Positions 59,359-64,000 of a DNA stretch of 64,000 bases are shown here, piece after piece (positions within the stretch are counted from its first letter, which is position 1; each line of letters opens with the position of its first letter). The notes below the pieces were generated by a model. That model had not been told where the DNA came from. It did no database searches and was given only the letters and a program-made list of their open reading frames with translations. The translations under genes were made by a program, and so were the position numbers. Source of the DNA: an uncultured Poribacteria bacterium (lineage in GTDB: Bacteria > Poribacteria > WGA-4E > WGA-3G); assembly GCA_958296135.2 (NCBI GenBank), contig CATQHZ020000001.1:992001-1056000 (forward strand), given 5' to 3'.

Positions 59359-60012
59359 ATGGCTCAAAGTGTCTTTAACGGGAAGAACATGGATGGTTGG
59401 CTCGCCAGGGGCGGGGCACCGGAACACGAATGGGCAGTTGCTGGTGATATCGCGCTCGATCTGGACAACGCGAAGTTGTTGGCACCTAGCCCCGGCGCGG
59501 GGCTCTTTTACAACGGCCCCACCGGGCGCACCGTCGATATCTACACTGAAGCCGAATACGGCGATTGCGAACTGCACGTGGAATTTATGGTGTCGCAAGG
59601 CTCCAATTCCGGCGTTTATCTCATGGGCAGATACGAGCTCCAGATTTTGGATAGTTGGGGTGAGACGGGGCTCGGCTATGGCACCTGCGGCGGAGTCTAT
59701 TGCCGCTGGATTGACGAGAAGCCGGTAGATGGCGTGCCGCCCCGCGTCAATGCGAGCAAACCGCCCGGCGAGTGGCAGCGTTATGACATCACCTTCCGTG
59801 CGCCGCGGTTCGATGCAGATGGAAATAAGACTGCCAATGCGACGTTTGTCAAGGTGGTATGGAACGGTGAGGTGATTCATGAGAACGTTGAGGTAGCGGG
59901 TTGCACGCGCGGCGCGATGCTCCCCGATGAAGCTACCACTGGCCCCTTGATGTTGCAGGGAGACCACGGGCCCGTAGCATATCGCAATGTTGTCCTGAAA
60001 TCGATTTCATAA
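59359..60012 (+). CDS. DUF1080 (3-keto-disaccharide hydrolase-like) protein
   Basis: FNGKNMDGW, LHVEF, NSGVYL..YELQILDS, GEWQRYDI, LQGDHGPVAYRN. Confidence 0.92.
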   Translation: MAQSVFNGKNMDGWLARGGAPEHEWAVAGDIALDLDNAKLLAPSPGAGLFYNGPTGRTVDIYTEAEYGDCELHVEFMVSQGSNSGVYLMGRYELQILDSWGETGLGYGTCGGVYCRWIDEKPVDGVPPRVNASKPPGEWQRYDITFRAPRFDADGNKTANATFVKVVWNGEVIHENVEVAGCTRGAMLPDEATTGPLMLQGDHGPVAYRNVVLKSIS

Positions 60013-60053
60013 ATGCCTGGGGCGCGCTTGCTTCTGAGTGTCAGGGCGGATTT

Positions 60054-60581
60054 CTATATCTGCCCGTTTCGGGGATGATGCAAAATGTGATATGTTGCGA
60101 CGGCGAGTGCGACATGCACATTCAATGAACGCACCTTGCCGTACATCGGCAGGTAAATTGCCGCGTCACACGCTTCGAGCGTCCGCCGGGAAACGCCGCG
60201 GTATTCGTTGCCTACGACTAAGCACACCTTTTCAGGATACTCGGCTGTGTAATATGGCGTGGCACTTGATGTCACCTCTAGCGCGTAGTTGGCGTAGCCT
60301 TGCGCCTTGTAAGCTTCAATTGCGTCGGCGGCATGTGTGGTAGTGTGCCATTTGACTCGGCGATGCGCGCCGCGTGCGACCCCGGCGATTGTCGGGTGCG
60401 GTGGTGTCGCGCTGATGCCGGCTAAGACAATTTCGTTAACGCTGCACGCGTCCGCGATCCGGAAGCATGCGCCGACGTTAACCGGGTCCTCCACGTCTTG
60501 CAGGATAAAAACGAGCGCGACCGGCGGGTATTTTGCTTGTTTCAGGAATTGTTTGAGTTGCTTATCACGTAGTTGTTTCAT
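60054..60581 (-). CDS. TrmH/SpoU family RNA methyltransferase
   Basis: DPVNVGACFRIADA, VGNEYRGV, LPMYGKVRSLNV. Confidence 0.9.
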   Translation of the reverse strand: MKQLRDKQLKQFLKQAKYPPVALVFILQDVEDPVNVGACFRIADACSVNEIVLAGISATPPHPTIAGVARGAHRRVKWHTTTHAADAIEAYKAQGYANYALEVTSSATPYYTAEYPEKVCLVVGNEYRGVSRRTLEACDAAIYLPMYGKVRSLNVHVALAVATYHILHHPRNGQI

Positions 60582-60667
60582 CTGTTAATCTAAAATTGCT
60601 CTTGCGGTAGGAGCCCCCCGGTCTCGATTTTTATTGGATTTCGGGACTGAGAAGAAACGAGAGAAAA

Positions 60668-61726
60668 ATGGAAAAACTAAAGCTTGGTATTATCGGTGCA
60701 GGCGGCATCGTCTGCAGAATGCACTTGCCAGACTTGGCGCAAGGCACCGATTTTGAGGTATCAGTCATCGGCGGCAGGCGCGAACATCGCCTCAAACATC
60801 AGTGTGAACAGTTCAACATTCCACATTGGACGCAAGATTACGATGCTATTATCGCGGATGACTCGCTGGATGCGATTCTCGTTGGCACGCCGCACCCGTT
60901 GCATGTCTCGTGGGGTGTCAAAGCGTTGGGTGCTGGCAAGCATGTCTTGATGCAGAAGCCGCTCTGTGGCGAGATGGCGGAGGCGAATCAGTTTGTCGCC
61001 GCGGCGGAGGCGAGTGGTGCGACGGTGATGTGTCTGCCGCATTTCAATGCCGCTATCTACAAAATCCGGCGGCTTATCTCTGAAGACGCGATCGGTAGAG
61101 TTTCGGGCGCTCGGATGCGGAGCAGCCACGGCGGTCCGGAGATTTACTACGCCGAAATTCGCGATATTTTCGGGGAGACCGGGGACGATTTGTGGTTTTT
61201 TGATGCGAAACAGGCTAGCGTTGGTGCACTCTTTGACATGGGCGTTTATGCTGTCTCCGGGCTGGTCGCGATGCTTGGCACGTTTAAACGGGTTACCGGC
61301 TTCGTTTCAACGTTTGACAAACCTACGGCATTAGAGGATGTCGCTACCCTCGTGCTAGAGATGGAATCCGGTGGTATTGTTACGGCTGAGACGAGTTGGT
61401 GCGACCCGGCCCGCACCGGCGAGGCAAGCGTCCACGGCACGGCTGGCAAGTTGACGATGCCCGGTAAAGATGGCGCGATGCTCAGTCAGTGGACACCTAC
61501 CTCTTACACGCGCGAACATGCCCCTGTTGATGTCAAGGTGCTTGACTGTTCGGATGCTGCGCCGAGTGGGATGCATGCACATTTCGCCGAGTGCATTCGT
61601 GAGGGCATGCAACCGCCGCTCTCGAACGTTTATACGGCGCGGCATGTCACCGAAATCCTTCTGGCGGGCCTTGCATCGTCCGAGAAGGGGATGGCGGTGA
61701 CGCTCACGACGCGAGCGGATAAATAG
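60668..61726 (+). CDS. Gfo/Idh/MocA family oxidoreductase
   Basis: GIIGAGGI, GTPHPLH, KHVLMQKP, GALFDMGVY. Confidence 0.9.
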   Translation: MEKLKLGIIGAGGIVCRMHLPDLAQGTDFEVSVIGGRREHRLKHQCEQFNIPHWTQDYDAIIADDSLDAILVGTPHPLHVSWGVKALGAGKHVLMQKPLCGEMAEANQFVAAAEASGATVMCLPHFNAAIYKIRRLISEDAIGRVSGARMRSSHGGPEIYYAEIRDIFGETGDDLWFFDAKQASVGALFDMGVYAVSGLVAMLGTFKRVTGFVSTFDKPTALEDVATLVLEMESGGIVTAETSWCDPARTGEASVHGTAGKLTMPGKDGAMLSQWTPTSYTREHAPVDVKVLDCSDAAPSGMHAHFAECIREGMQPPLSNVYTARHVTEILLAGLASSEKGMAVTLTTRADK

Positions 61727-61812
61727 GGAGCCCGCGATAGGCGCGCTTTGAAAGCGCGCCTCCCAGGCCGCTTGTTTCCGTGGGCTCGGTTTACCACCGC
61801 GCCTTGACGCGC

Positions 61813-62182
61813 CTAACCTAAGCTGGCGTGAAATTCATACCAGTCATCGAGGTTATTGAGATTGACAGCGTCTAGGATAGAGCCGTCGTCCTCAAGTCCG
61901 TTCGCGGCGAGGATACCCTTGCGGGTGTCATCGTCGTGGATGTAGCCTTCGATTGTGGCGTTGAGTTTCGCGACGGCCTCGGCATCCAGGCTGCCGCCGC
62001 TTTGCTCCAATACCCAGGTCTCGAACTGCGGGTAAGTCGGCGAGTTGTCCGCGATATAGGCGAGCGTTGCGTCCTTGTCAAGCCCGAGGGCATCTAGCAC
62101 CAGCTGATCGTAGCCCATCCCGCACGCCGGGTAATCCTCATGGAGGACACCCTTCGCGTGCATTCGGAATTATTCCTGCCAT
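61813..62182 (-). pseudogene. DUF5069-like protein with 5' deletion/frameshift
   Basis: RBS AAGGAG + ATG62182 (MAGIIP) is 19 nt upstream of, and out of frame with, the body HAKGVLHEDYPACG.GYDQ..LNNLDDW. Confidence 0.6.
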
Positions 62183-62289
62183 TTTGTTTGCTCCTTTTGT
62201 TGTGACGATGGGCCCCGTTGCCCATCATTATGAAATGTGCCCACATGATAGCATAACGCCCCAGAAAATGAAAGAAAAATTTAAAAGAG

Positions 62290-62319
62290 TTGACATCCAT
62301 GACGTATTTCATATATAAT
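62290..62319 (+). promoter_or_regulatory. sigma70 promoter, probably leaderless transcript
   Basis: TTGACA-N18-TATAAT, 6 nt before ATG62326. Confidence 0.65.
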
Positions 62320-62325
62320 ATGTCT

Positions 62326-62637
62326 ATGGAAGCTCGAAACATTATTTTACCGAATCTGACGAAGGAAATCCATCAGGAAAGCCTTGAACTGGGCTTCCAA
62401 CTGGGCTTCCAACTGGGCTTCCAATTGGGCTTCCAACAGGGACGCGAGGAAGGTGAAAGAATAGGGGCTCTCAACGTGCTTCTCAGGCTCCTCGAGGTCC
62501 GCTTTGAACCCGAGGCCGCGCAGACTTTAAAGCCGTTCCTTGAAACTATCGCGGATCCTGCCCGGCTGGAGCGATTAGTCCCCACCGCCGCGCAGGCACC
62601 AAACCTGCAAACGTTCTTGAAACATTTGGCAGAATAG
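62326..62637 (+). CDS. orphan Rpn C-terminal (RpnS-like) protein
   Basis: (LGFQ)x4 from a 12-bp repeat; LLEVRF..AQTLKP..L.RL...A.QAPNL resembles the C-termini of 48228 and 48603. Confidence 0.7.
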   Translation: MEARNIILPNLTKEIHQESLELGFQLGFQLGFQLGFQQGREEGERIGALNVLLRLLEVRFEPEAAQTLKPFLETIADPARLERLVPTAAQAPNLQTFLKHLAE

Positions 62638-62738
62638 GCACACACCGCCGCGACAATAATCCTATGGGGTTTAGTAGTAAGTAGTTAAGAAGAAAAGTAG
62701 TTGGGCGAGGGCTGTTCCTTCTGCACTGAACCCTTTCT

Positions 62739-63803
62739 ATGGAGAGTGACGCGATGAATGCAACTTATCAACTTAACCATGAATGGGAGCAACTCGCGCG
62801 GCGGGTTGTGGCCGCGCAGCAGCTCGTGCTTGTCATCGGTTCATCTGATGCAGGTAAATCGACTTTCTGCCGATTTTTGGCAGATGTTGCTGTTGCTGAG
62901 GGGTTAAAGGTGGGTTTCGTTGACGCGGATATCGGGCAGTCCGAAATTGGGCCGCCGACGACAATCGGGCTGAAATGCTTCGCGCCGCCGATGGAGACAC
63001 CGATTGAGCGTGATGGGCGCGCGGACGCGCTCTACTTTGTCGGTGCTGTTTCTCCTCGGCGCAATCTGCTGGAGGTAGTCACCGGCACGCGGCGGATGGT
63101 AGACGCGGCGCGCGATGCCGAGTGTGATTTTATCGTCGTTGACACGACCGGGTATGTTCATGATAACGCCGCCATCGTGCTGAAACAGCACAAAATCGAA
63201 CTTCTCCAACCGAACCATCTTGTCTGTATCGGGCGTTCGACGGAATTGGAACAGATAACCGCGGGCTACAGTCAGCAGAGGTGGCTTGCTGTTCATCACC
63301 TCTTGCCGCATCCGCGCGTCCGGTCGAAGAGCAATAAGGCGCGCGCTCGGCACAGGAAATCGCGGTTGAGTGCCTATTTTGCTGATAGCACCGTGCAACA
63401 AGTGCCGTTTGATCAGATTCGCGGGGTACGCACCCCCTTTTTCATTGGGCGCATCGCGAACGAGAAAGAGTTGGAGATTTTGACGCGCTTGACGGAGACC
63501 GGGGTTCATCATGCCGAGTGGGGAAACCGGACTTTGTGCCTCATCGCATCCGTGCATCTCTCCAAGGCAGCGATAGCCTCCCTCAAAAACTATCTGAGTT
63601 TGGAGCGTGTGACAACGGAGGTTCGCGCCGCCTTTACAAATCGGTTGGTTGGACTTATCGGGACATCGGGGGACATCCTCTCTGTCGGTATCATTGAGGT
63701 GTTTGACTTCCAAAAACGCGAACTCAGCATCCGTTGCAAACCGGGAGTAGCGAAGGATGCCTGCACTCTCCAATTTGGCGATTACCGAATTGAAGCATCA
63801 TGA
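62739..63803 (+). CDS. Clp1/Nol9-like polynucleotide 5'-kinase
   Basis: GSSDAGKST, DADIGQSEIGPP, VVDTTGY, RARHRKSRLSAYF lid motif. Confidence 0.85.
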   Translation: MESDAMNATYQLNHEWEQLARRVVAAQQLVLVIGSSDAGKSTFCRFLADVAVAEGLKVGFVDADIGQSEIGPPTTIGLKCFAPPMETPIERDGRADALYFVGAVSPRRNLLEVVTGTRRMVDAARDAECDFIVVDTTGYVHDNAAIVLKQHKIELLQPNHLVCIGRSTELEQITAGYSQQRWLAVHHLLPHPRVRSKSNKARARHRKSRLSAYFADSTVQQVPFDQIRGVRTPFFIGRIANEKELEILTRLTETGVHHAEWGNRTLCLIASVHLSKAAIASLKNYLSLERVTTEVRAAFTNRLVGLIGTSGDILSVGIIEVFDFQKRELSIRCKPGVAKDACTLQFGDYRIEAS

Positions 63804-64000
63804 GGGTATCGAACGCATCCTTGAACAAGCAATTCTTAGGTCTCTACAAACGATTTGCCCGGTATCACGCGCCTTATCTCGTCTCCATTATTCTTGCGGC
63901 GGCATGTGCTGTCATCATCGCGTTCTGCGATTTGGGTGCCCTCACGCTCTTTACCAATACCGTTGATGCGTTTGCGGCTGTCAGCGGTAGTACTTACGAA
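63800..64000 (+). CDS. membrane protein N-terminus, probably an ABC exporter TM domain (partial)
   Basis: ATGA overlap with Clp1 stop; MRVSNASLNKQFLGLYKRFARYHAPYLVSIILAAACAVII..; open to window end. Confidence 0.55.
   Translation, partial: MRVSNASLNKQFLGLYKRFARYHAPYLVSIILAAACAVIIAFCDLGALTLFTNTVDAFAAVSGSTYE

Overview
GC-rich bacterial chromosomal window with about 50 CDSs and no rRNA, tRNA or CRISPR array. Gene content (several PhyH and Gfo/Idh/MocA genes, DUF1080, Uma2 and Rpn proteins, a lamin-tail surface protein ending in a ..LTTFGALK motif, near-consensus sigma70 promoters) suggests Candidatus Poribacteria; this is inference. Housekeeping genes include rpsU, trpC, trpD, mrp/apbC and a TrmH-family methylase. 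Most notable: (1) an uncharacterised envelope operon at 31.9-44.4 kb: a 2448-aa degenerate-M28/LysM/FtsX fusion, a repeat-tailed mini-protein, an OPT-like transporter, a hypothetical protein, a stand-alone PqqD/RRE and a LolD/MacB-type ATPase, with no RiPP-modifying enzyme; (2) three tandem promoters driving a ~570-nt highly structured leader upstream of a 1368-aa secreted lamin-tail protein, bracketed by kb-sized REP mosaics; (3) a diverse GTAG-REP system with compensatory stems and nested hairpins, with REPs inserted in frame in at least three genes; (4) an Rpn gene with an internal RpnS start plus two free-standing RpnS-like genes. All family calls come from motif recognition by eye; no searches were run.
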